From an uncultured Methanosarcinales archaeon (GTDB lineage: Archaea > Nanobdellota > Nanobdellia > Woesearchaeales > CAZOXR01), in NCBI GenBank assembly GCA_964566535.1, contig CAZMIO010000009.1, positions 1 to 43,338 of the forward strand: a stretch of DNA of 43,338 nucleotides, in the 5' to 3' direction. This document shows, in pieces, positions 19,491 to 29,712 of this stretch (position 1 is its first letter; each line of letters starts with the position of its first letter). A model generated the notes under the pieces. The model ran no database searches. It was given only the letters and a program-made list of their open reading frames with translations, and was not told the origin of the DNA. Made by a program: the position numbers and the translations under genes.

Positions 19491-22128
19491 TCATTCTTTC
19501 TGCACTTTTTCTTTCTTCATAGAGTGATCTTATTTCATTGTAGACTACTCTTTTGTTGCCATGGGAGAGTTGGTTGTAGGTTTTGAGGATTTGTATATAG
19601 ATTTTTTTAGCTCTTCTAGTGTCTAAGTTTAATAGTGATTCTCTTGCATCTGCTATTCTGAAGTTGATAAATTCAATGTCGTTGTTGTCAGAGATTACTT
19701 TCTTTAGTGGAATTTGTTGTTTTTCCATTGGTTCGAAGAAAGATACTGATTCTTCTTTTTTTGTGAATTCTATTGGAGTGGAACGGTCTACTTCTTCATT
19801 TATTTGAGGGTGGGGTTTTGGTGTTTCTTTGATTATGGTTGGTTTGAAAGGATGTTTCTTCTTAATTGGAACTTTAAGGGCATCTATGGCTTTTTTGATT
19901 TCTTGTTTAGGATCTTGTTTTTTTGTTTTGAAAAGATGGATAAATTGTTTTCCTTTGGTTATCTCATGTTTTTCTTTGTTTCTTGTTTCCTCGTGTTTCT
20001 GCAGTTTTTCTTGAAGTATGTCTTTTTCTTCTATCTTTTCTTTTTTTGGCTTTGGAGGAAGTGTATTTATTATTGGTTTCTTAGCCTTTCTTTTTTTTGC
20101 ACTATTCTTCCTTATTTCTTCGACAACATAATTTAAGTCATTGAATATTTTTTTGATTGTAACTGTCTTTTTTCTTCCTTGTAATAGTCTTTCCATCTCT
20201 AGGACTCTGTCTTTTTCTTTCTCAAGTTCTTCTAATGTTGCGGATACTTTTTTATCTTGAATTTCTTTAGATCTTTTCTTATGCTCTAATTTTATTCTCT
20301 TTTCTTGTTCTTTTTCTCTTTTAATCTTTAACTTTTCAAGTTCTTCTTCTTTCCTGATGAGTTCTAATTCACTTTGTTTCTTTAGTTCTTCATTTCTAAT
20401 CTTTCTCCTTTCTTCTCTTTCTTCTCTAAGTCTCTCCTGCCTTTGTCTTTCCTTTTCTTCTTTTTTCTTTTTTTGTTCTTCGGCTGTTTTTTCTCTTTCT
20501 TTTCTATTTCTGTTCTCTTCTTCTATTTTTAACTTAGTTAGTTCAGTTAACCTCTTCTCCTCTTCTCTTTTTCTTCTCCTTTCTTCTTCGTGTTCCCTTT
20601 TTTCTTCTTCTAGCTCTAACTTTCTTAGTTCCAGTTGTCTTTTTTCTTTTTCTTCTCTTGACTTTTCAATCTCTTTTTGGTGTCTTATTTTTTTAGCTTC
20701 TCTTTTTTTCTCTAATTCTGATTTTTTTATCCAGTTGAACCATTTATTCCTTTGTAATTGTTTTTGTCTTAATCTTTCTTCAGATTCTTTTTCCTTGATT
20801 TGTTCTTGTAGCTTTACCTTTTCTTGTCTTCTTATTTCTTTTTCTTCTTCAAATTTTCTTCTTTTCTCTTCTTCATTTACCCTTCTAAGCTCGTTCTTTC
20901 TCTTTTTTCCTTCTATTTGTTTTTCCTCTTTTGCCCTTAGCTTTAATTTGAGTTCTTCTTCTTTTATCTCTCTGAGTTTTTCCAGTCTCTTTGTTTCCCT
21001 TATCTGTTTTTCTTCATCTCTTTTTTGTTTTGTCTTTAGCTTCTCAAGTTCTAAATTTTGAAGTTCTTCGTCTCTTTCTTTCTCACCTAATCTTTCTCTT
21101 TTGCGTTCTTTTTGTTTTTCTATTTCTTGTATTCTTTTTTGTTGTTTTAGCCTTTCTTTTTCTTCTTTTTGCTTGTCTTTTTTTGTTTTGTATATCCCTA
21201 TCTTTCTGAAAATGTTTTTGAATTCTTGTATTGCTCGTTTTTTTTCTACATTTTCTTCAGCATCAAATATTATTTCTTTTTCTTCTTCAATGATTTTTTT
21301 CTTTTTTTCTTTTGATGAGACCTTTGAATGAACTTTTTTTATTAGATTTAATTTTGCCAGGATGGCCCGTCTTATACCCTCTGACTTATGGATATATTTT
21401 TCGTACCTTTGTTTTAATTCTTTGAGTGGTTTTCTAAGGCCTTTTTTTCCGTCAAGGACCATGTCCTCCAAATCGTTAATCCTTTCCCTTATTTTCTTAG
21501 ATTCATTAAGGTAATCTTCTTCCGTCTTAAGATCTATTTCAATTTTTTCCAGTTTGGTTTTGGTTAATCTCAGGCTTTTTTCGATGTCGTTACTTAGAAT
21601 GTGTTCGTGTTTATCAATTGCTTTTATGCCTGCATCAAGTCTAGAAAGAATGTTTTTTGTTTCTCTTAATGTGTTTTTATTCTCTTTTTTCTCTTCTACC
21701 GTTTGTATTCTTTTGAAATAATCTTCGTGTTTTGATTCTTCTTTCTCATGCTGTCGTCTTTGGGATTCTAACTCTTTTTCTGTTTCTTCTTCAATGAGTG
21801 ATGTTTCTTCTGCTTTTTTTATTAATTTTCTTAGTTCTTCTTGAGCTTCAATTTCAGATTCTATCTTTTGTTTTTCCCTTTCATTAGTCTCTTTTCTTTT
21901 CTTTTCTTGAGACTCTATTTTTCTGAGTTCTTTTAGTCTTTTCTTGTGTTTTCTCCCTCTTTTTGGTTTTTGGGGCTTGTCCCATTCAATGTCTTCGGAA
22001 TGTTTTGACGGTGGGGGAGGAGGTAGTATGCCTAGGGAATCGTCTATGTTGTGTGATTTTTTAATCTTTAATGGTTTAATTGGAGGAGGAATATCGTATT
22101 TTTTGGGTTTTAATTTAGGAAAGAACAA
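19480..22128 (-). CDS. Large highly charged (E/K/R) low-complexity helical protein with Pro-rich N-terminus
   Basis: 882-aa ORF; PPPPPP, long ER/K tract, helical C-terminal domain; start codon uncertain. Confidence 0.8.
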   Translation of the reverse strand: MFFPKLKPKKYDIPPPIKPLKIKKSHNIDDSLGILPPPPPSKHSEDIEWDKPQKPKRGRKHKKRLKELRKIESQEKKRKETNEREKQKIESEIEAQEELRKLIKKAEETSLIEEETEKELESQRRQHEKEESKHEDYFKRIQTVEEKKENKNTLRETKNILSRLDAGIKAIDKHEHILSNDIEKSLRLTKTKLEKIEIDLKTEEDYLNESKKIRERINDLEDMVLDGKKGLRKPLKELKQRYEKYIHKSEGIRRAILAKLNLIKKVHSKVSSKEKKKKIIEEEKEIIFDAEENVEKKRAIQEFKNIFRKIGIYKTKKDKQKEEKERLKQQKRIQEIEKQKERKRERLGEKERDEELQNLELEKLKTKQKRDEEKQIRETKRLEKLREIKEEELKLKLRAKEEKQIEGKKRKNELRRVNEEEKRRKFEEEKEIRRQEKVKLQEQIKEKESEERLRQKQLQRNKWFNWIKKSELEKKREAKKIRHQKEIEKSREEKEKRQLELRKLELEEEKREHEEERRRKREEEKRLTELTKLKIEEENRNRKEREKTAEEQKKKKEEKERQRQERLREEREERRKIRNEELKKQSELELIRKEEELEKLKIKREKEQEKRIKLEHKKRSKEIQDKKVSATLEELEKEKDRVLEMERLLQGRKKTVTIKKIFNDLNYVVEEIRKNSAKKRKAKKPIINTLPPKPKKEKIEEKDILQEKLQKHEETRNKEKHEITKGKQFIHLFKTKKQDPKQEIKKAIDALKVPIKKKHPFKPTIIKETPKPHPQINEEVDRSTPIEFTKKEESVSFFEPMEKQQIPLKKVISDNNDIEFINFRIADARESLLNLDTRRAKKIYIQILKTYNQLSHGNKRVVYNEIRSLYEERKSAERMTRR

Positions 22129-22314
22129 GAAAGATAAAACTATGCCTATTTCAACTCTTTTTTTGATTCATATCACCCTTTTTATTGATTAAAATGAGGG
22201 TTCTGATATTTAAACCTTTTTGTTAGGGGATTTTAAAAGTTCCATTAAATCTTTCAAATGGGGGAATACTTTCTTGTTGCTCTTTATCTCGTCTTTTTTA
22301 AGTTCTCCACCCAC

Positions 22315-22363
22315 AGAAAATCTAAGATTTTCTTAGTTGCGAAAAAGCCTTGCTTTTTGCAAC
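22315..22363. repeat. Two adjacent hairpins with 3-nt loops (intergenic palindromic element)
   Basis: agaaaatc-taa-gattttct and gttgcgaaaaagc-ctt-gctttttgcaac (one bulge). Confidence 0.65.
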
Positions 22364-22419
22364 CTCTTGCACTTTTGTGATGGATTGAGCTGTTTTGCTT
22401 AGTTATATTTGTTAATTGC

Positions 22420-22692
22420 TTAGTACTTTATCTCAAATGTGGAGAATTCGTTGGTTACTGGTTCGTATTCTACTATTGCGTTGGTTACATCGGCTGCATC
22501 TGGGCCTATTTTACAATATTTGAGGAGTTCTTTGATTTGGTCTTCTTTGCCTTCTACTATTATTTCTACATCTCCAGTTGGGAGATTTCTGACAAAACCT
22601 TTGAGATTTAGTTTTTTTGCTTGTTTTTTAGTGTGATCTCTGAAGTAAACACCTTGAACACGTCCTGAGACTATTATGTGGGCCCTTTTCAT
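22420..22692 (-). CDS. acyP: Acylphosphatase
   Basis: GRVQGVYFR, GFVRNLPTGDVE, GP. Confidence 0.95.
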   Translation of the reverse strand: MKRAHIIVSGRVQGVYFRDHTKKQAKKLNLKGFVRNLPTGDVEIIVEGKEDQIKELLKYCKIGPDAADVTNAIVEYEPVTNEFSTFEIKY

Positions 22693-22753
22693 ACACATCT
22701 TATTATGTATTCTATATTAAAAATTATCGATAATTATTTATACTCTCCCCTCA

Positions 22754-23035
22754 ATGGAAGTGTATGAGGGAAAATTAATGCATGAAGAAGAGATTGGAGT
22801 AATATCTCATTTTTTTTCTAATATAAATGTTGCAGTGATAAAAATAGAGAAGCAGACTCTTGATGTTGGAGATACAATACACATTAAAGGTCATACAACT
22901 GATTTTGAGCAGAAGATTCTATCGATGCAGATTGAGCGCGAAAAGGTCGAGAAGGCTAAGAAAGGACAGAGTATTGGTTTGAAGATTGATCAAGCGGTGA
23001 GGGTACATGATAGGGTTTTTAAGATGATGGAGTAA
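22754..23035 (+). CDS. Translation elongation factor-like small beta-barrel protein (peptidase U32 C-terminal-like)
   Basis: IG.I.HFF..I.VA.I, GD.IHIKG.TTDFEQ...SMQI, V...D.VFK; start may be 22778. Confidence 0.8.
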   Translation: MEVYEGKLMHEEEIGVISHFFSNINVAVIKIEKQTLDVGDTIHIKGHTTDFEQKILSMQIEREKVEKAKKGQSIGLKIDQAVRVHDRVFKMME

Positions 23036-23037
23036 AG

Positions 23038-24120
23038 TTATTTTCCTAGAACTATCTTTTTTGCTAATGGCAGTTTGGTTTTTACTTTGGCCTGGTGTTT
23101 TGTTAATGTTTCTTGTAAGAATTTGATACAAATTTGTTTGTCTTGTCCACACATTAGTTTTCCTGCTTTGCATTGTTTGTATGTTTTTTGGATGAATTTA
23201 GAATCTGGATGGTGGAATTTGTAGATCTCATAGATTTTACAGATTTCTGGTTCTCCGCCATCCTTTTTTTGTTCTTCTATTGTATCTTTCCCGCCGGTAA
23301 ATGCTCTTGAAAGTTTTCTTTTGATGTCTTCTGGTTTGTCGTTTAGGAAAATTGCAGTGTCTGGTTCTGATGATGACATCTTTTTCCCTTTTTGTAGGCC
23401 AGATTGATGTTTGAAGTAGATGAATGATGGGACTTCTAAATTGTAAGGTAGGCGTCTTGCAATATCCCTTGTTATTTTAGCGTGAGGGTCTTGTTCTAAT
23501 CCCATTCCTGTTACTGAAGGCATAATACCTTCGTATTCTTCTAATTGGGGATGTAGGATGTCTGCTATTTGGAGAAGGACTGCTTGCATCTTTCCTAAGT
23601 CAGTATGGCCATAGATCCCCTCGTACATGTTTTTTGTTATTTTTTTTGCTATTTCGAATGTGAATTCATAATATTTTGGAGAACCCTGGCTTTGTACGTA
23701 ACAATCTTTTTCTTCTAAGCCTAGTGCTAGTGCGTGGGCTAGATTGTCTATTGCAAATTCTTTTGCTTCAGTCATTGTTTTTATTTTTTCTCTTGAATTG
23801 TATGCGTCAATGTCGCAGACTGCGAAGAAGTTCTTTGCTCCTAGTTTTTTGAAGAGGACGAATAAGTCTAAATCAACTTTGTGGCCTAAGTGTAATGGTC
23901 CTGATGTTGCTATTCCAGTCATGTTAATGAATGGTTTTTTTGCAGATATTCTGGCCATTACTTTTTCAAAGTCTCTGTGAGCTACTATTATGTTTCTTTC
24001 GAAGAAGATATGGTTTAATTTCTTTCTTAGATTGGATGGGAATTCCTTTAGTCCGAACTTTTCGAAGATATGGCTATAGTCAGTGATTTCAGCTGAGCTC
24101 CAAGGGTCTATTTTTGTCAT
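23038..24120 (-). CDS. trpS: Tryptophan-tRNA ligase (archaeal type)
   Basis: SGPLHLGH, QDPH, KMSSS, AFTGG..T.EEQK..GG.P; last gene of trp operon. Confidence 0.95.
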   Translation of the reverse strand: MTKIDPWSSAEITDYSHIFEKFGLKEFPSNLRKKLNHIFFERNIIVAHRDFEKVMARISAKKPFINMTGIATSGPLHLGHKVDLDLFVLFKKLGAKNFFAVCDIDAYNSREKIKTMTEAKEFAIDNLAHALALGLEEKDCYVQSQGSPKYYEFTFEIAKKITKNMYEGIYGHTDLGKMQAVLLQIADILHPQLEEYEGIMPSVTGMGLEQDPHAKITRDIARRLPYNLEVPSFIYFKHQSGLQKGKKMSSSEPDTAIFLNDKPEDIKRKLSRAFTGGKDTIEEQKKDGGEPEICKIYEIYKFHHPDSKFIQKTYKQCKAGKLMCGQDKQICIKFLQETLTKHQAKVKTKLPLAKKIVLGK

Positions 24121-24920
24121 TTTGTTTTTGCCTTTAATGCTTTTATGAATTCCTGTATTTTAGTTAACATTAATTCCTTATTATTTAAACTTTCCTCAAT
24201 TATCTTTACTAATGATGAGCCAACTATTGCTCCGTCTGCTCCTGCACTGGTGATTTCTTTTACTTGGTTTGGGTTAGAGATACCGAATCCTACGCAGATT
24301 GGTAGGGTTGTGTTTGGTTTTATTGATTTTATTAGTTCTAAAGTGTTTTGTTGGATGTCTGCTCTTGCTCCTGTTACTCCTAATCTTGAAACGACGTAAA
24401 TGAATCCCTTTGTGTTTTTTGCTATGTTTTTTAGTCTTGCTTCGTTTGTCAAGGGTGAGACTATGAATACTGGGTCTATCTTGTTTGCTTTTGCTTCTTT
24501 AATGAATGGGTCTGCTTCTTCTATTGGTAGGTCTGCTACAAGTACAGAGTCTACTCCTGCTTCTTTTGCGTCTTTGTAGAAGTGATTGATACCTCTTTGG
24601 ATTATTAGGTTGGAGTAGAGTAAGAGTCCAATTGGGATTTTGCTGTTGTAGTCTCTTATTTCTTTTATGAATTCGAAGTTTTTGTCTGTGTCTATTTTTG
24701 ATTTTAGTGCCCTTATATCTGCGGATTGGATTGTTGGTCCGTCTGCGATTGAGTCACTAAATGCGAAGCCTAATTCTAGGATGTCTGCACCACTGTCAAT
24801 TATCTTTTTTACTATCTCTAAGGATGTTTTGTAGTCTGGATCTCCAATTACGACGAATGGAACTAGTGCTTTTTCTTTGTTCTTGTTTAGTTTGTTGAAT
24901 GTTTTTTTGTATCTGCTCAT
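24117..24920 (-). CDS. trpA: Tryptophan synthase alpha subunit
   Basis: GDPD, LELG..FSD..ADGPTIQ, GVTG, VGFGIS, DGAIVGS. Confidence 0.97.
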   Translation of the reverse strand: MSRYKKTFNKLNKNKEKALVPFVVIGDPDYKTSLEIVKKIIDSGADILELGFAFSDSIADGPTIQSADIRALKSKIDTDKNFEFIKEIRDYNSKIPIGLLLYSNLIIQRGINHFYKDAKEAGVDSVLVADLPIEEADPFIKEAKANKIDPVFIVSPLTNEARLKNIAKNTKGFIYVVSRLGVTGARADIQQNTLELIKSIKPNTTLPICVGFGISNPNQVKEITSAGADGAIVGSSLVKIIEESLNNKELMLTKIQEFIKALKAKTK

Positions 24921-24921
24921 T

Positions 24922-25404
24922 TTAGATCTTTTTTATCATCAATTTCAGATTCTCTTTAAAACCAATTTTTTCCCAGGCTTTTATTGAAGATGTATTTTTT
25001 GAATGAGTCCTTAACATTACAAATTTCATTTTTTTTGATTTAAACCATTTTAGTAATTCATTTGTTAATTTTTTCCCAATGCCTTTTTTTCTATATTTTT
25101 TTGTAACTGTTGCTTCGAGTATAAATCCATTCTTTTTTATCGCTAAATCTGGAGGTCTATCTTCAATCCGGCCTCCGATGTGACCTATTATGGTTTTATT
25201 AATCTCTGCTATAATATATTTTGAATTCTTATCTTTAATTTCTTTATTTAAAAATTTCTTATAACTTTGAACAGTATTTTTATCTTGGCTATAAAAAAAT
25301 GGATCAATTTTGATGTGGTAATCCATCATCTCTAACCAAAGCTTTGCCATTCCTGGTATGTCTTTTTGAGTTACATCTCTTACTTTTATCATATCTTTTG
25401 GCAT
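24922..25404 (-). CDS. GNAT family N-acetyltransferase
   Basis: YRKKGIGKKL motif A; N...IKAWEKIGF. Confidence 0.9.
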   Translation of the reverse strand: MPKDMIKVRDVTQKDIPGMAKLWLEMMDYHIKIDPFFYSQDKNTVQSYKKFLNKEIKDKNSKYIIAEINKTIIGHIGGRIEDRPPDLAIKKNGFILEATVTKKYRKKGIGKKLTNELLKWFKSKKMKFVMLRTHSKNTSSIKAWEKIGFKENLKLMIKKI

Positions 25405-25405
25405 T

Positions 25406-25876
25406 TTAGAGTTTGATGTACATCTGTTTTACTTTTTCTTTGAATCCGATTTTATCCCATGATTTTACCCCTTGGGTGTTTGAGGTGTCTGCTCTTAGGT
25501 AAACTCTGTTCATCTTTTTCTTTTTGAAGAATGTTTTTGCTTTGCCTACTAGTTTTTTCATTATGCCTTTTCTTCTTTTTTCTTTTATTACGAATCCGTC
25601 GCTGATGTAACCTATCTTGTCTTCGTTGTAGATTGGTGGTTCGTCTCTGATGAAACCCATTAGGTAACCAATAAGTTGTTTGTCTTCTTCTGCCACTATT
25701 AATATTGAGTTTTTGCTTTTGATGTTTTTTATTATGAATTTTTTAAAGATTGATTTTGAATTCTTTTTGAGTCTTGAAGGGTTTGTGATTACATCTTGAT
25801 GGTGGTCCATCAATCCTTTCCAAAGTGTTGCAATCTGTTCTGTATCTTTTACGGTAGCGTCTCTTATCTTTATCAT
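25406..25876 (-). CDS. GNAT family N-acetyltransferase
   Basis: [20 protein letters not shown]; paralogous to neighbour. Confidence 0.9.
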   Translation of the reverse strand: MIKIRDATVKDTEQIATLWKGLMDHHQDVITNPSRLKKNSKSIFKKFIIKNIKSKNSILIVAEEDKQLIGYLMGFIRDEPPIYNEDKIGYISDGFVIKEKRRKGIMKKLVGKAKTFFKKKKMNRVYLRADTSNTQGVKSWDKIGFKEKVKQMYIKL

Positions 25877-27057
25877 ATTTCTAAACCCATCTCTTTTGCT
25901 GCGTGAGTGACGTCTTTGTCTCCTCTGCCTGAGAGGTTTATTATTATTAATTGGTTTTTGAATTGTGTTTTGTTTTTTACTAGGTAGCCTACTGCATGGG
26001 CAGATTCTAGGGCAGGGATTATTCCTTCTTCTTTACTTAATAGTTGGAATGCATCTAAACATTCTTTGTCGGTTGCGTAATCGTATTCTGCTCTGTTGAT
26101 TTCTCTAAGATGGGAGTGTTCAGGTCCTATTGCGCAGTAATCTAATCCAGCTGAGACTGAGTGGGTATTGAAGATTTGTCCGAATTTGTCTTGTAGGACG
26201 TAAGTGTATGCTCCGTGGATAATTCCTTTTCTGCCTATTTCTTTGTCTGCGAATCTTGCTGCATGTTTTTTTGATTCAATTCCTAGACCGCCTGCTTCTA
26301 CTCCTATTAATCTTGTGCTTTTGTCGTTTAGGAATGCTTTGAAGATTCCTATTGAGTTTGATCCGCCTCCGACGCATGCTATTACTGCGTCAGGTAACTT
26401 GTTTTCTGCTTTTAGGATTTGTTTTCTTGCTTCTTTTCCTATTGTTTGGTGGAAGTAAGCTACCATTGTAGGATATGGATGTGGTCCTAGTGCAGACCCT
26501 AATAAGTAGTGGGTTGTTTGGACGTTTGTTGTCCAGTCTCTTAGGGCTTCGTTGATTGCGTCTTTTAACGTTTTTGAGCCGGTGTCTACTGGATTTACTT
26601 TTGCGCCTAGAAGTTTCATTCTGAAGACATTTAGTTTTTGTCTTTCGATATCAGTTGTTCCCATGTAGATTTCGCATTCTAATCCTAGTTTTGCTGCTGC
26701 AGTTGCCGTTGCTACTCCGTGCTGTCCTGCCCCGGTTTCTGCTATGATTCTTTTCTTTCCCATGTATTTTGCTAATAGGGCTTGTCCTAATGCGTTGTTT
26801 ATCTTATGGGCTCCGGTGTGTGCTAAGTCTTCTCTTTTTAGATAAAGTTTTAATTCTAATTTTTTACTTAGGTTTTTGCAGAATGTCAATTGAGTTGGGC
26901 GTCCTGCGTATTCGGTTAGTAGATTGTGGAATTCGTTTGTGAATTTTTTATCTGATTTGTATTTGTTGAAGGCTGCCTCTAGCTCTTCGCAGGCTGGCAT
27001 TAATGTTTCTGGAACGAAAATGCCCCCGTATTTTCCGAATCTTCCTTTTGATTTCAT
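25873..27057 (-). CDS. trpB: Tryptophan synthase beta subunit (TrpB1)
   Basis: [45 protein letters not shown]. Confidence 0.98.
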   Translation of the reverse strand: MKSKGRFGKYGGIFVPETLMPACEELEAAFNKYKSDKKFTNEFHNLLTEYAGRPTQLTFCKNLSKKLELKLYLKREDLAHTGAHKINNALGQALLAKYMGKKRIIAETGAGQHGVATATAAAKLGLECEIYMGTTDIERQKLNVFRMKLLGAKVNPVDTGSKTLKDAINEALRDWTTNVQTTHYLLGSALGPHPYPTMVAYFHQTIGKEARKQILKAENKLPDAVIACVGGGSNSIGIFKAFLNDKSTRLIGVEAGGLGIESKKHAARFADKEIGRKGIIHGAYTYVLQDKFGQIFNTHSVSAGLDYCAIGPEHSHLREINRAEYDYATDKECLDAFQLLSKEEGIIPALESAHAVGYLVKNKTQFKNQLIIINLSGRGDKDVTHAAKEMGLEI

Positions 27058-27695
27058 TTTTTTGCGTATTCTATGATTTTTTTTAGTTTGGTTCTATCTT
27101 TTAATCTTGGTTTTGCTTTGACACCACTGTTTGTGTCTACTGCAAATGGTTTTACTTCTTTAATTGCTTTTTGAATATTTTTTGGGTTTAGGCCACCTGC
27201 AAGGAATACTTTGGTCTTTACTGATTTAACTATTTTTTTGCTTATTTCCCAATTGTGAGTAATTCCTGTTCCGCCTAATTTATCCTTTGTTTTTGAGTCT
27301 AGGAGTATGAAGTCAACATGTTTTTCATATTCTTTTGCTTGTTCTATTGCTGATTCGTCTTGTACGTGGATTACTTTTGTTAACTTTATTTTTGGTAATG
27401 CTTTTCTTATTTTTCCGATTGTCTTTAGGTCGATTTCTGGATTGTGAAGTTGGATGATGTCCGGGTTTATTTCTTCTGCTAATTCTATTATATGGGTCGG
27501 GTTTGTTAGGTAAGTTACTAGGACTGGTTGAACTTCTAATGGTAGTTTTTTTATTAGTATTTTTGCTTCTTCCCTTGTTATTGAATCTTCTGAAAAGTCG
27601 ATTTCGACTAGGAAACCGAGATAATCTGCTCCGTAGTTAACTGCTGCTAATGCGTCGCTGATGTTTGTTATTCCGCAGATTTTTACTTTAGTCAT
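27054..27695 (-). CDS. trpF: Phosphoribosylanthranilate isomerase
   Basis: [28 protein letters not shown]. Confidence 0.96.
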   Translation of the reverse strand: MTKVKICGITNISDALAAVNYGADYLGFLVEIDFSEDSITREEAKILIKKLPLEVQPVLVTYLTNPTHIIELAEEINPDIIQLHNPEIDLKTIGKIRKALPKIKLTKVIHVQDESAIEQAKEYEKHVDFILLDSKTKDKLGGTGITHNWEISKKIVKSVKTKVFLAGGLNPKNIQKAIKEVKPFAVDTNSGVKAKPRLKDRTKLKKIIEYAKK

Positions 27696-28095
27696 TTTTA
27701 GTCAATTCCATTGCAACTATCCCTTTTCTTATCTTACATATTTCTAGTTTTTGTTTGATTGATTTTGGAGGGTTAGTTGAAGGTATAAAACCAAAATGTT
27801 CCATGAGTTTTGGAATGTCTGTTGTTGCGTAAAGTTTTTTTGGTCCTTTTTTGATTAATTCGTTAATGATTGTTCTTGCAATTCCCTTTCTTCTATATTT
27901 AGGTATTACTCCTAATGATCCAATTTCAACTGCGTCGTTGTATGGCTTTAGTCTGCCAAAACCTACGGTTTTGTTTGATTCTTCTGCGATGATGAACTGG
28001 TTTTCTTGTAAATCTTCTGGGTCTAATTTGAACTCTTCTATTTTTTCTTTAATGAAATGCATGTCTTCTCCTTTTGCTTTTCTTAGACTAACCAT
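27688..28095 (-). CDS. GNAT family N-acetyltransferase (ArgA-like short form)
   Basis: EIGSLGV.PKYRRKGIA; ATG at 28095 (MVSLRKA) preferred over upstream TTG. Confidence 0.85.
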   Translation of the reverse strand: MVSLRKAKGEDMHFIKEKIEEFKLDPEDLQENQFIIAEESNKTVGFGRLKPYNDAVEIGSLGVIPKYRRKGIARTIINELIKKGPKKLYATTDIPKLMEHFGFIPSTNPPKSIKQKLEICKIRKGIVAMELTKND

Positions 28096-28119
28096 TTGCT
28101 TAAATTTTTTGTTTTCCAA

Positions 28120-28270
28120 TACGGTTTTAATTTTTTATCCAATGGTTTTGATTTTCAATAGGGGGAATATTTGCTTTATGCTCTTGATCTCTTTGAGGAG
28201 ATGTTCCCCACACCCTTGCGCTTTTGTTCTTTAATGGAGCAAAGGGTTAATGATTAGTTTTCTATTGGTA
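28120..28270 (-). pseudogene. Possible decayed GNAT fragment
   Basis: Minus strand reads KEQKRKGVG, then EHLLKEIK in a shifted frame (GNAT motif A-like); stops in all frames. Confidence 0.35.
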
Positions 28271-28275
28271 ATTTT

Positions 28276-28923
28276 TTATTGCTTTGCGGCGTCTCTTAGT
28301 TCCTTAATCGCCTTAACGCGGTCTTCTTGTCCGAAGACTGCTGAGCCTGCTACAACAATGTTTGCTCCTGCTTTTACTGCTTCGTGGATTGTTTCTTTTT
28401 TTATTCCACCGTCAATTTGAATATCTAGGTTTGGTTCTGCTGCTCTTAGGTCTCTGACTTTCTTTAGGACTTCTGGGATGAAGTCTTGCCCTGCATAACC
28501 TGGATTTACTGACATTACTAATACCATGTCTACATTTTTTAGGTAGGGTGCTAATTTACCTATTTTTGTGGGTGGGTTTAATGAAAGCCCTACTTTTACT
28601 CCTTTTCTTTTGATGTGGTTGATACACGCTCCAACATCATCACTTGCTTCTACATGTATGGTAATTGAGTTTGCTCCGGCATCTATGTAGTCATCTATGA
28701 ATCTATCTTTTAGCGGATGTTCAACCATCAGATGAACGTCTTTGAATATTTTTGAGGTGATTTCTTTAATTTGCTCTGGTTTGAAGGTTGTTGGGGGAAC
28801 GAATTTTCCGTCCATAACATCAACATGGATCATTTCTACATGTTCTTCTATTTGTTCAACTTCTTTTTGCAGACTGTTTATCTCTGCTGATAGAATAGAT
28901 GGTGCTATTTGTAGTGGTTTCAT
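28276..28923 (-). CDS. rpe: Ribulose-phosphate 3-epimerase
   Basis: IAPSILSA, HVDVMDG.FVP, DVHLMV, MSVNPG..GQ, IDGG, VAGSA. Confidence 0.97.
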   Translation of the reverse strand: MKPLQIAPSILSAEINSLQKEVEQIEEHVEMIHVDVMDGKFVPPTTFKPEQIKEITSKIFKDVHLMVEHPLKDRFIDDYIDAGANSITIHVEASDDVGACINHIKRKGVKVGLSLNPPTKIGKLAPYLKNVDMVLVMSVNPGYAGQDFIPEVLKKVRDLRAAEPNLDIQIDGGIKKETIHEAVKAGANIVVAGSAVFGQEDRVKAIKELRDAAKQ

Positions 28924-29678
28924 TTTAGTAACTCTCCTATTTTTTTGTTTATGTTCTTTGCTTTCATAAATGTTGTGCCTATTAGGACTGCGTTTATGTT
29001 TTTTAGTTTTTTTATGTCGGCTTTTGTTTTGAATCCTGATTCGGATACTATGAGCTTGGTTTTGGGGATTAGTTTTTTTAGTTTTAATGTTGTGTTGATG
29101 TCTATCTTGAATGTTTTTAGATTTCTGTTGTTAATGCCTATGATATTTGTAGATGTTTTTAGAACTTTTTCTAGTTCTTCTTTTGTGTGGACTTCAACTA
29201 AGCAATCCATGTTGTAAGTTTTGGCTATTTTAATAAATTTATTGATTTTTTCTTTTGTTAGGATGGCTGCTATTAGTAGTATTGCGTCTGCTCCGTAGAG
29301 TCTTGACTCGTAAACTTGGTATTCGTCAATAATGAAGTCTTTTCTTAATAATGGTTTTTTAGTTAGTTTTTTAGTTTCTGCTATGCATGTTGGGGCCATG
29401 AAGAAGAATTCCCAGTCAGTTAGAACCGATATTGCCTTTACATGGTTGTTTTTTTGATATGTTTTTGCTATGTTTTCTAGGTTGAAGTTTTTGTTGATGA
29501 TTCCTTCTGAGGGGGAACCTTTTTTTATTTCCGCGATTATGCTTAATGGTTTTGAGATTGCTTTTTTGAAGTTTCTGTTTGAATTCTTTAGTTTCTGCTT
29601 GAAACTAGCTAAAGGAAGTGTTTTCTTCCTTAATTGAACTTCTTGTTTTTTTGCGATTACAATCTTATCTAGTATCAT
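28920..29678 (-). CDS. trpC: Indole-3-glycerol phosphate synthase
   Basis: IAEIKKGSPSEG, ISVLTD, LRKDFIID, LVEVH, GINNRNL, VSESG. Confidence 0.97.
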   Translation of the reverse strand: MILDKIVIAKKQEVQLRKKTLPLASFKQKLKNSNRNFKKAISKPLSIIAEIKKGSPSEGIINKNFNLENIAKTYQKNNHVKAISVLTDWEFFFMAPTCIAETKKLTKKPLLRKDFIIDEYQVYESRLYGADAILLIAAILTKEKINKFIKIAKTYNMDCLVEVHTKEELEKVLKTSTNIIGINNRNLKTFKIDINTTLKLKKLIPKTKLIVSESGFKTKADIKKLKNINAVLIGTTFMKAKNINKKIGELLK

Positions 29679-29712
29679 TGTTTTAATCCTCAGAATATTA
29701 ATTGAGAGGACC

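Noticed and set aside
20357..21331. Long Ser/Phe/Leu-rich plus-strand ORFs
   Set aside because: Antisense shadows of the E/K/R-rich minus-strand gene
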